From: Trichodesmium erythraeum IMS101
GTDB lineage: Bacteria; Cyanobacteriota; Cyanobacteriia; Cyanobacteriales; Microcoleaceae
DNA length: 32,000 nucleotides
Reading direction: 5' to 3'
NCBI RefSeq assembly: GCF_000014265.1
Contig: NC_008312.1
Coordinates: forward strand, 6,090,001 to 6,122,000
Part shown: positions 1-7,811 of the stretch, in pieces
Numbering within the stretch: position 1 is the stretch's first letter
How the letters are laid out: each line of letters begins with the position of its first letter
Position numbers and translations under genes: made by a program
Notes under the pieces: model-generated
The model's input: only the letters and a program-made list of their open reading frames with translations
The model's database searches: none
Told to the model about the DNA's origin: nothing

Positions 1-377
1 TCGTTAATCAAACTATCCGTCAAATACACCATACCAGTCAGAGAGTCAAAACCCCCCGCCGCACCGTTCATCAGCTCTACTGGCACAATATTTATCTGTG
101 GCAAGTTCTCACCCTTTGCCAAAGTATCAACAATAGTTTTTCCCAGATCAACTTTCCCCGACTCCCCAAAGACATTTAACATATCCGCCTCAAAAGTCTC
201 AGAAGCAGCAAAGTTCGTTAAATTTTCCTGAAATTGAGCTAACCCCTCTTCAATTATCTCCACCGCTGGCAATACTTCCACAGATACTTGCCCCAGAAAA
301 GTTATAGGAGGAATATTGTTGATGTGTTTGAGCTCCAAGTCGGACATTATATCAAGGAATTCACTATCGTCTGTCAT
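1..377 (-). CDS. hypothetical protein, N-terminal 125 codons (gene continues past the window start)
   Basis: Reverse-strand ATG at 375-377, open to position 1. It is absent from the ORF track because it is truncated. Translation: MTDDSEFLDIMSDLELKHINNIPPITFLGQVSVEVLPAVEIIEEGLAQFQENL...VPVELMNGAAGGFDSLTGMVYLTDSLIN. The ...NGAxGxF...YL... stretch recalls N-termini of large secreted cyanobacterial proteins (memory only, unverified). Confidence 0.5.
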   Translation of the reverse strand, partial: MTDDSEFLDIMSDLELKHINNIPPITFLGQVSVEVLPAVEIIEEGLAQFQENLTNFAASETFEADMLNVFGESGKVDLGKTIVDTLAKGENLPQINIVPVELMNGAAGGFDSLTGMVYLTDSLIN

Positions 378-525
378 GGTTTTTTTCTAAGAAATTTATA
401 CTTATGAAATTATAGCGCTTTGATGATCTTACGTCAACGGTTTCACTGTAAAATTCAATGTCAAACTGTCAAATATTATAGGTGCATGGGAAGAGCCTCA
501 AGAGTAACCCAAACAAAATAAAATC

Positions 526-541
526 TGTGTTCAGTTTCACC
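526..541. promoter_or_regulatory. CRP/NtcA-family-like palindrome (copy 1 of 3)
   Basis: TGTGT-TCAGTT-TCACC versus the CRP-type consensus TGTGA-N6-TCACA (8/10 match). Also fits a GTG-N8-CAC version of the NtcA GTA-N8-TAC pattern. Confidence 0.25.
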
Positions 542-651
542 TGTTTCTACCCAACCTACAGTTATTACTGATAACTCAAATTCCGGTTAAACTGTCAAAT
601 ATTATAGGTACAGAGGAAGAACCTCAAGAGTAACCCAACCAAAATAAATTC

Positions 652-667
652 TGTGTTAGGTTTCACC
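652..667. promoter_or_regulatory. CRP/NtcA-family-like palindrome (copy 2 of 3)
   Basis: TGTGT-TAGGTT-TCACC, exactly 126 bp after copy 1. Confidence 0.25.
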
Positions 668-777
668 TGTTTCTACCCAACCTACAGTTATTACTGATAA
701 CTCAAATTCCGGTTAAACTGTCAAATATTATAGGTACAGAGGAAGAACCTCAAGAGTAACCCAACCAAAATAAAGTC

Positions 778-793
778 TGTGTTCGGTTTCACT
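778..793. promoter_or_regulatory. CRP/NtcA-family-like palindrome (copy 3 of 3)
   Basis: TGTGT-TCGGTT-TCACT, exactly 126 bp after copy 2. Its centre lies about 50 bp upstream of the ATG at 836. Confidence 0.25.
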
Positions 794-835
794 TAGTTCT
801 ACCCAACCTACACTTATTACTGATAACTCAAATTT

Positions 836-3529
836 ATGACTGCCCAAGAAAAAAAACAACCCAATATTAATCATATTCTCACCCTAGCTATCCTGTGGTC
901 ATTAGGGGCCGTGAGCGATCGCCTCTGGTTTACCTTCGATAAATCAGTTCCAGCTTGGGATCAGGCCGACTATCTCACAAGTTCCCTAACCTACTGGCGT
1001 GCTTTGCAAAACCTACAATTATTCTCTGGAGAATGGTGGAAAAACCTTTGGCAGCTTTCCCCAAAAGTACCCCCCTTAACTTATATTCTTGCAGTTCCCT
1101 TTCAAAATATTTTTGGTAGAGGAGCTGACCAAGCCACCTTAGTACATCTATTATTTAGTGCTATTTTACTAACCTCAGTTTACAGTTTAGGCAGCAAACT
1201 ATTTAATCAAAAAGTAGGTTTTTGGGCAGCAGTATTATGTATATTATTTCCAGGGTTATATAGATATCGTTTACAATTTTTACTCGACTATCCCCTAACA
1301 GCAATAGTAACCTTAAGCTTCACTTGTTTAACACTTTGGTATTTTTCAAAACCGAATCATAAACAGGAAATAGACAACAGCGAAAAGACAACAAAAAAAA
1401 CCGAAAAAAAAGCAATTAACTTAGACTTAGAAAAAACCAACCTTACCAAAACCAACATCACAAAAATATCTCCTCAAATAGATCAACTATCTCAATCCAA
1501 AAATCTCAAAAATTGGCTATTAGCAACTGCTTTTGGCTTAACTTTTGGCCTAGCAATTTTAGTTAAGCAAACCACAATATTTTTTCTGTTTTTTCCCTTA
1601 CTTTGGGTAACTATAAATATTCTCAAAAAAAAGCAATGGAACCAACTAATTCAACTCACTTACTCTCTATGCTTATCCATCACAATTTTTTACCCTTGGG
1701 CAAGAACAAATTGGCTATTAATGTTAACCTCCGGTAAACGAGCAACAATAGACTCTGCCATAGCCGAAGGAGACCCCAACCTATTAAGTTTAGATGCTTG
1801 GATTTATTATGGAAAACTACTCCCCAACCATATTTCCTTACCTCTATTAATCATTCCAATTAGTGGATTAATTTTTTACTTAATCCGGCTCAATAAAAAA
1901 CAAAAAAACCTTTCCACTCAGCTCCATTCTTTTCAATGGCTATCCATATTTTTAATCGGCGGATATCTAATTTGCTCCCTCAACATCAACAAAGACTTTC
2001 GTTACACCTTACCATTATTGCCAACCTTATCAATTTTATTAGCCTTTGGTTTAATGCAATTTCCAAGAAAAGTAGGAAAACAAATTCGCTATCTTACTAT
2101 TAGTTTAGCAATTATTTTAATGCTATTAAATATCTGGTCTGTAGGTGGAAACTTCCCCAGAAAAATCACCGCTTGGTTAAGTCCTGGTGCAGCTTATTCT
2201 GCTCATTTAGGCAAAGAATGGCCCCATAAACAAATAATTGCTGAAATCATCAAAACTAACCCCTATTTACGGTCAACCTTAGGAGTTTTACCTTCCACTC
2301 CAGAAATTAATCAACATAACTTAAATTATTACGGTGCTCTGCAAAACTTACAAGTCTATGGTCGGCAAGTAGGAACCAACTTCAAACAAGTAGAACAAGA
2401 TGCGCGATCGCTATCTTGGTTTATCACAAAAACCGATGAACAAGGTTCTGTCAAAAGAATCAAAAAAGCTCAAGCTGCTATTGTTAACCTCATCGAAAAA
2501 CACCCAAACTTTCAACTACAAAAAAGCTGGCAGTTACCAGATAATAGTAACTTAAATCTATATCATAATCAGTTTTTACCAGTAGAAGTTCATCCCCTGA
2601 CCAAACCACAAAAAAAAGTGAAACTAGACTATATAATTTTATCCCCAAAAATTCGCTCAGGAACAACCATACCTATTACCTACAAATGGTCCGGTTCTTG
2701 GCAAAAACTACAGTCAGGTTTAGTCTTATTAACCTATCGCCGAGAAAATATTAATCAAACAGAACTTCAGCCATTAACTTCTAACAATAATGCATCAGAA
2801 AAACCTCTTACCAAATTCATTCACGACCACGGTATCGGCATGGGCAGTTTACACCCTAGTCTACTTCAAGCAAATAAGTCTGAAGTCGGGTTCGAAATTA
2901 TTGAACGAACAGGAATGTTACTCCCATCTAACATTGTACCGGGAACTTATATATTAGAAGCCACCTATCTTAACCGAGAAACCGGGGAAAATTATCCCAT
3001 TTCTGTAGAACCAACCCTGCGAGTACAGGTTGAACCCCAAGCACAAGCGTTACCAGCACCAGAACTAGATCTAGTAACCCAGTTGCGGACGTGGGGCCAA
3101 AAGTTACCCCAGGGAATAAAAGGTTTGGAAACCATATTTGCGGAAGTAGCGCGAGTTAACCAATACGATCCAGTTCAAGACTATACTCAGCAAGCAGAAA
3201 AAACTTTAACCTATCGTTTGCAACAGGAACCAGATAATTTAGAGTGGCTCTATAGTTTAGCTTTAGCCCAAGTTTTACAAAAAGATGCCCAGGGAGCGAT
3301 CGCTACCTTAACTAGAGTAACTAAACTAGATGCTCAAAACGCCTTTGCTCATGCTTATTTAGCTTTTGTCTATTTATACGATCTTAATCCTGGAGCAGCG
3401 AAAATAGCATTAAAGTCAGCTTTAGAAATTGATCCCCATCAACCAGAAATTAGGTCATTAAATGGTATTGCTGCTTTAATGCAAGGAAATTTTATTCAAG
3501 CATGGCATAACTTGATAACTCAAAAATAA
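836..3529 (+). CDS. membrane glycosyltransferase of the GT-C fold (PMT_2/ArnT-like, GT39/GT83 type) with C-terminal TPR repeats
   Basis: 897-aa ORF. The N-terminal ~560 aa contain many hydrophobic helices and the early loop motif PAWDQADYL typical of ArnT/PMT-like enzymes. A Lys/Thr-rich low-complexity insert is present (KTTKKTEKKAINLDLEKTNLTKTN). The C-terminus is TPR-like (AHAYLAFVYLYDLNPGAAKIALKSALEIDPHQPE). Three HIP1 sites lie inside (915, 2404, 3296). Confidence 0.85.
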   Translation: MTAQEKKQPNINHILTLAILWSLGAVSDRLWFTFDKSVPAWDQADYLTSSLTYWRALQNLQLFSGEWWKNLWQLSPKVPPLTYILAVPFQNIFGRGADQATLVHLLFSAILLTSVYSLGSKLFNQKVGFWAAVLCILFPGLYRYRLQFLLDYPLTAIVTLSFTCLTLWYFSKPNHKQEIDNSEKTTKKTEKKAINLDLEKTNLTKTNITKISPQIDQLSQSKNLKNWLLATAFGLTFGLAILVKQTTIFFLFFPLLWVTINILKKKQWNQLIQLTYSLCLSITIFYPWARTNWLLMLTSGKRATIDSAIAEGDPNLLSLDAWIYYGKLLPNHISLPLLIIPISGLIFYLIRLNKKQKNLSTQLHSFQWLSIFLIGGYLICSLNINKDFRYTLPLLPTLSILLAFGLMQFPRKVGKQIRYLTISLAIILMLLNIWSVGGNFPRKITAWLSPGAAYSAHLGKEWPHKQIIAEIIKTNPYLRSTLGVLPSTPEINQHNLNYYGALQNLQVYGRQVGTNFKQVEQDARSLSWFITKTDEQGSVKRIKKAQAAIVNLIEKHPNFQLQKSWQLPDNSNLNLYHNQFLPVEVHPLTKPQKKVKLDYIILSPKIRSGTTIPITYKWSGSWQKLQSGLVLLTYRRENINQTELQPLTSNNNASEKPLTKFIHDHGIGMGSLHPSLLQANKSEVGFEIIERTGMLLPSNIVPGTYILEATYLNRETGENYPISVEPTLRVQVEPQAQALPAPELDLVTQLRTWGQKLPQGIKGLETIFAEVARVNQYDPVQDYTQQAEKTLTYRLQQEPDNLEWLYSLALAQVLQKDAQGAIATLTRVTKLDAQNAFAHAYLAFVYLYDLNPGAAKIALKSALEIDPHQPEIRSLNGIAALMQGNFIQAWHNLITQK

Positions 3530-4068
3530 ACCCCTGCTTACAGCCTATCCCCGAGCCCTAACCTCTGAAAACCTTGTGGATATTAGAAGAAAAGAGAGAA
3601 AGAGTATTGTCGTCTTAAAAAAAATATCTTTTTCAATACACTTTTTCTCCCGAAACACCCTCTTAAAACACCTACCCATAACTTTTATATTTTTTTTCAA
3701 ACTTGATATTAGGAAAAATATTTATAAAAATATTTATAAAGCATAGCTTTCAGGGGGTGAACTCAAAAATTAAAACTAATTCTAGTAATTCTAGTGTAGC
3801 TCTAGAAATACACTTGTAATTACCACTTCAAGCAAGCTATCTCTAAAAGCTTCTTATTGCTTCCTCTTACCTCACTTCAGTATGACTTACATTAAAAAAA
3901 AATTTTACTTACATCATATCATAATTTAACATTTATATCAAGTCTTAACAGGTATAAATTTTCATAGCTTTTTATCTGGTTTTCCACACAAGCATAAACT
4001 AGACACTCCAAGCAAGAATTTGTTACATTTATTTACAGTAAAGTTAATAAATATAAACAAAATAAATT

Positions 4069-4296
4069 ATGGTTATCGTTATTTCACTATTTGTAATTGC
4101 TTGGTTAGCTGCTGCAGTAATAGGAAGTCAAGCTTACTTCTTAGGTGAGCAAACAAAGCCTATCCACGAGCGTAACTGGAATTCTCAATCTTTTGAAAGC
4201 TTATCTGAATCTTTTACAGGCAATAGATTAGACTACAACAAGCGGGTACCCGCATATAGTATGGATGCCTATGCAAGTCAGAGTTTTAATAGTTGA
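4069..4296 (+). CDS. small hypothetical membrane protein (75 aa, single N-terminal TM helix)
   Basis: ORF MVIVISLFVIAWLAAAVIGSQAYFLGEQTKPIHERNWNSQ...SMDAYASQSFNS. It has a hydrophobic N-terminus and a polar tail. Local G+C is visibly higher than the flanks. No clear SD. Its last 37 nt (4260-4296) form the first cassette of the downstream array. Confidence 0.5.
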   Translation: MVIVISLFVIAWLAAAVIGSQAYFLGEQTKPIHERNWNSQSFESLSESFTGNRLDYNKRVPAYSMDAYASQSFNS

Positions 4297-5240
4297 AATG
4301 TTTAGTTAATAGTCATTTCAGTTATCAATTATCAATTATCACCTACCCTTATCTAGACTTTTTCTCTTGTTTCTGAAAGCTTGAATTATTTGACATTAAC
4401 TATGGATGCCTATGTAAGTCAGAGTTTTAATAGTTGAAATGCTTAGTTAATAGTCATTTCAGTTATCAATTATCAATTATCAACTACCCTTATCTAGACT
4501 TTTTTTTTGTTTCTGAAAGCTTAAATTATTTGACATTAACTATGGATGCCTATGCAAGTCAGAGTTTTAATAGTTGAAATGCTTAGTTAATAGTCATTTC
4601 AGTTATCAATTATCAATTATCAACTACCCTTATCTAGACTTTTTTTTTGTTTCTGAAAGCTTAAATTATTTGACATTAACTATGGATGCCTATGCAAGTC
4701 AGAGTTTTAATAGTTGAAATGCTTAGTTAATAGTCATTTCAGTTATCAATTATCAATTATCAACTACCCTTATCTAGACTTTTTCTTTTGTTTCTGAAAG
4801 CTTGAATTATTTGACATTAACTATGGATGCCTATGCAAGTCAGAGTTTTAATAGTTGAAATGCTTAGTTAATAGTCATTTCAGTTATCAATTATCAATTA
4901 TCAACTAACCTTATCTAGACTTTTTCTTTTGTTTCTGAAAGCTTAAATTATTTGACATTAACTATGGATGCCTATGCAAGTCAGAGTTTTAATAGTTGAA
5001 GTGCTTAGTTAATAGTCATTTCAGTTATCAATTATCAATTATCAACTAACCTTATCTAGACTTTTTCTTTTGTTTCTGAAAGCTTAAATTATTTGACATT
5101 AACTATGGATGCCTATGCAAGTCAGAGTTTTAATAGTTGAAATGCTTATTTAATAGTCATTTCAGTTATCAATTATCAATTATCAACTACCCTTATCTAG
5201 ACTTTTTCTCTTGTTTCTGGAAGCTTAAATTATTTGACAT
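4260..5240 (+). repeat. array block 1: seven A-type units (ORF-tail cassette, no terminator)
   Basis: Each unit carries TATGGATGCCTATGCAAGTCAGAGTTTTAATAGTTGA, which reads MDAYASQSFNS* like the end of the 4069-4296 ORF. The core variant is TTTCTGAAAGCTT. Confidence 0.95.
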
Positions 5241-5242
5241 TA

Positions 5243-5280
5243 GCTCTAGCAGATATATTCTGTTAGAGCCATTTTTTTTT
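5243..5280 (+). terminator. intrinsic terminator-like hairpin + T9 (B cassette 1 of 14)
   Basis: GCTCTAGCAGA-TATAT-TCTGTTAGAGC forms an 11-bp stem with one G-U pair and a 5-nt loop. It is followed by CA and then nine T (5272-5280). Confidence 0.7.
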
Positions 5281-5383
5281 AATTCAATAAAGCATAGTCA
5301 TTTCATTTATCAATTATCAATTATCAACTACCCTTATCTAGACTTTTTCTCTTGTTTTTGGAAGCTTAAATTATTTGACATTA

Positions 5384-5421
5384 GCTCTAGCAGATATATT
5401 CTGTTAGAGCCATTTTTTTTT
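5384..5421 (+). terminator. intrinsic terminator-like hairpin + T9 (B cassette 2)
   Basis: Sequence identical to 5243-5280, in 141-bp phase. Confidence 0.7.
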
Positions 5422-5665
5422 AATTCAATAAAGCATAGTCATTTCATTTATCAATTATCAATTATCAACTACCCTTATCTAGACTTTTTCTCTTGTTTTT
5501 GGAAGCTTAAATTATTTGACATTAGCTATGGATGCTTATGCAAGTCAGAGTGTTAATGATTGAAATGCTTAGTTAATAGTCATTTCAGTTATCAATTATC
5601 AATTATCAACTACCCTTATCTAGACTTTTTCTCTTGTTTCTGGAAGCTTAAATTATTTGACATTA

Positions 5666-5703
5666 GCTCTAGCAGATATATTCTGTTAGAGCCATTTTTT
5701 TTT
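5666..5703 (+). terminator. intrinsic terminator-like hairpin + T9 (B cassette 3)
   Basis: Sequence identical to 5243-5280, in 141-bp phase. Confidence 0.7.
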
Positions 5704-5806
5704 AATTCAATAAAGCATAGTCATTTCATTTATCAATTATCAATTATCAACTACCCTTATCTAGACTTTTTCTCTTGTTTCTGGAAGCTTAAATTATTTG
5801 ACATTA

Positions 5807-5844
5807 GCTCTAGCAGATATATTCTGTTAGAGCCATTTTTTTTT
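5807..5844 (+). terminator. intrinsic terminator-like hairpin + T9 (B cassette 4)
   Basis: Sequence identical to 5243-5280, in 141-bp phase. Confidence 0.7.
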
Positions 5845-5947
5845 AATTCAATAAAGCATAGTCATTTCATTTATCAATTATCAATTATCAACTACCCTTA
5901 TCTAGACTTTTTCTCTTGTTTTTGGAAGCTTAAATTATTTGAAATTA

Positions 5948-5985
5948 GCTCTAGCAGATATATTCTGTTAGAGCCATTTTTTTTT
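5948..5985 (+). terminator. intrinsic terminator-like hairpin + T9 (B cassette 5)
   Basis: Sequence identical to 5243-5280, in 141-bp phase. Confidence 0.7.
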
Positions 5986-6088
5986 AATTCAATAAAGCAT
6001 AGTCATTTCATTTATCAATTATCAATTATCAACTACCCTTATCTAGACTTTTTCTCTTGTTTTTGGAAGCTTAAATTATTTGACATTA

Positions 6089-6126
6089 GCTCTAGCAGAT
6101 ATATTCTGTTAGAGCCATTTTTTTTT
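6089..6126 (+). terminator. intrinsic terminator-like hairpin + T9 (B cassette 6)
   Basis: Sequence identical to 5243-5280, in 141-bp phase. Confidence 0.7.
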
Positions 6127-6229
6127 AATTCAATAAAGCATAGTCATTTCATTTATCAATTATCAATTATCAACTACCCTTATCTAGACTTTTTCTCTTG
6201 TTTTTGGAAGCTTAAATTATTTGACATTA

Positions 6230-6267
6230 GCTCTAGCAGATATATTCTGTTAGAGCCATTTTTTTTT
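6230..6267 (+). terminator. intrinsic terminator-like hairpin + T9 (B cassette 7)
   Basis: Sequence identical to 5243-5280, in 141-bp phase. Confidence 0.7.
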
Positions 6268-6511
6268 AATTCAATAAAGCATAGTCATTTCATTTATCAA
6301 TTATCAATTATTAACTACCCTTATCTAGACTTTTTCTCTTGTTTCTGGAAGCTTAAATTATTTGACATTAGCTATGGATGCTTATGCAAGTCAGAGTGTT
6401 AATGATTGAAATGCTTAGTTAATAGTCATTTCATTTATCAATTATCCATTATCAACTACCCTTATCTAGACTTTTTCTCTTGTTTCTGGAAGCTTAAATT
6501 ATTTGAAATTA

Positions 6512-6549
6512 GCTCTAGCAGATATATTCTGTTAGAGCCATTTTTTTTT
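6512..6549 (+). terminator. intrinsic terminator-like hairpin + T9 (B cassette 8)
   Basis: Sequence identical to 5243-5280, in 141-bp phase. Confidence 0.7.
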
Positions 6550-6652
6550 AATTCAATAAAGCATAGTCATTTCATTTATCAATTATCAATTATTAACTAC
6601 CCTTATCTAGACTTTTTCTCTTGTTTCTGGAAGCTTAAATTATTTGACATTA

Positions 6653-6690
6653 GCTCTAGCAGATATATTCTGTTAGAGCCATTTTTTTTT
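6653..6690 (+). terminator. intrinsic terminator-like hairpin + T9 (B cassette 9)
   Basis: Sequence identical to 5243-5280, in 141-bp phase. Confidence 0.7.
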
Positions 6691-6793
6691 AATTCAATAA
6701 AGCATAGTCATTTCATTTATCAATTATCAATTATTAACTACCCTTATCTAGACTTTTTCTCTTGTTTTTGGAAGCTTAAATTATTTGAAATTA

Positions 6794-6831
6794 GCTCTAG
6801 CAGATATATTCTGTTAGAGCCATTTTTTTTT
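6794..6831 (+). terminator. intrinsic terminator-like hairpin + T9 (B cassette 10)
   Basis: Sequence identical to 5243-5280, in 141-bp phase. Confidence 0.7.
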
Positions 6832-6934
6832 AATTCAATAAAGCATAGTCATTTCATTTATCAATTATCAATTATCAACTACCCTTATCTAGACTTTTTC
6901 TCTTGTTTTTGGAAGCTTAAATTATTTGACATTA

Positions 6935-6972
6935 GCTCTAGCAGATATATTCTGTTAGAGCCATTTTTTTTT
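6935..6972 (+). terminator. intrinsic terminator-like hairpin + T9 (B cassette 11)
   Basis: Sequence identical to 5243-5280, in 141-bp phase. Confidence 0.7.
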
Positions 6973-7075
6973 AATTCAATAAAGCATAGTCATTTCATTT
7001 ATCAATTATCAATTATCAACTACCCTTATCTAGACTTTTTCTCTTGTTTCTGGAAGCTTAAATTATTTGAAATTA

Positions 7076-7113
7076 GCTCTAGCAGATATATTCTGTTAGA
7101 GCCATTTTTTTTT
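7076..7113 (+). terminator. intrinsic terminator-like hairpin + T9 (B cassette 12)
   Basis: Sequence identical to 5243-5280, in 141-bp phase. Confidence 0.7.
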
Positions 7114-7216
7114 AATTCAATAAAGCATAGTCATTTCATTTATCAATTATCAATTATCAACTACCCTTATCTAGACTTTTTCTCTTGTTTCTGGAAGCTT
7201 AAATTATTTGAAATTA

Positions 7217-7254
7217 GCTCTAGCAGATATATTCTGTTAGAGCCATTTTTTTTT
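7217..7254 (+). terminator. intrinsic terminator-like hairpin + T9 (B cassette 13)
   Basis: Sequence identical to 5243-5280, in 141-bp phase. Confidence 0.7.
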
Positions 7255-7773
7255 AATTCAATAAAGCATAGTCATTTCATTTATCAATTATCAATTATCA
7301 ACTACCCTTATCTAGACTTTTTCTCTTGTTTCTGGAAGCTTAAATTATTTGACATTAGCTATGGATGCTTATGCAAGTCAGAGTGTTAATGATTGAAATG
7401 CTTAGTTAATAGTCATTTCAGTTATCAATTATCAACTACCCTTATCTAGACTTTTTCTTTTGTTTCTGAAAGCTTGAATTATTTGACATTAGCTATGGAT
7501 GCTTATGCAAGTCAGAGTGTTAATGATTGAAATGCTTAGTTAATAGTCATTTCAGTTATCAATTATCAATTATCAACTACCCTTATCTAGACTTTTTCTC
7601 TTGTTTCTGGAAGCTTAAATTATTTGACATTAGCTATGGATGCTTATGCAAGTCAGAGTGTTAATGATTGAAATGCTTAGTTAATAGTCATTTCAGTTAT
7701 CAATTATCAATTATCAACTACCCTTATCTAGACTTTTTCTCTTGTTTTTGGAAGCTTAAATTATTTGACATTA

Positions 7774-7811
7774 GCTCTAGCAGATATATTCTGTTAGAGC
7801 CATTTTTTTTT
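7774..7811 (+). terminator. intrinsic terminator-like hairpin + T9 (B cassette 14, terminal unit of the array)
   Basis: Sequence identical to 5243-5280. The array breaks off about 13 bp after its T tract. Confidence 0.7.

Larger units (their letters stand above)
463..835. repeat. 3 x 126-bp tandem repeat in the divergent intergenic region, ending 1 nt before the ATG at 836
   Basis: AAACTGTC anchors at 463, 589 and 715 give an exact 126-bp period. The copies are nearly identical. Copy 3 ends ...CTGATAACTCAAATTT|ATG where copies 1 and 2 read ...CTGATAACTCAAATTCCGGTT. Confidence 0.95.

Noticed and set aside
849-2617. Multiple A8 tracts inside the glycosyltransferase CDS (849-856, 1393-1400, 1404-1411, 1625-1632, 2610-2617) as slipped-strand phase-variation switches.
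   Set aside because: They are modestly more frequent than base composition predicts. They are explained by AAA Lys codons in Lys-rich linkers of an AT-rich genome. The gene is intact, and there is no evidence of length variation from a single sequence.
5232-5260. A plus-strand promoter formed by the consensus TTGACA at the end of each core.
   Set aside because: The best -10-like hexamer (TATATT in B, none in A) sits only 14 nt downstream and lies in the terminator loop. The spacing is outside the usual 16-18 nt.
5137-7389. The three track ORFs inside the array (5137-5556, 5560-6402, 6406-7389) as real proteins made of 47-aa repeats (SSSRYILLEPFFFNSIKHSHFIYQLSIINYPYLDFFSCFWKLKLFDI).
   Set aside because: The frame is open only because 141 = 3 x 47 and one frame of the B unit happens to lack stops. 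The peptide is F/I/L/S/Y-rich, typical of translated AT-rich DNA. The PFFFN stretch is the T9 terminator tract, and the hairpin lies inside the ORF. There is no SD before the ATGs. In the A block the same frame is closed by a single G-to-A change (TTTCTGG to TTTCTGA), so there is no evidence of selection for coding. Ribosome profiling or proteomics could overturn this.
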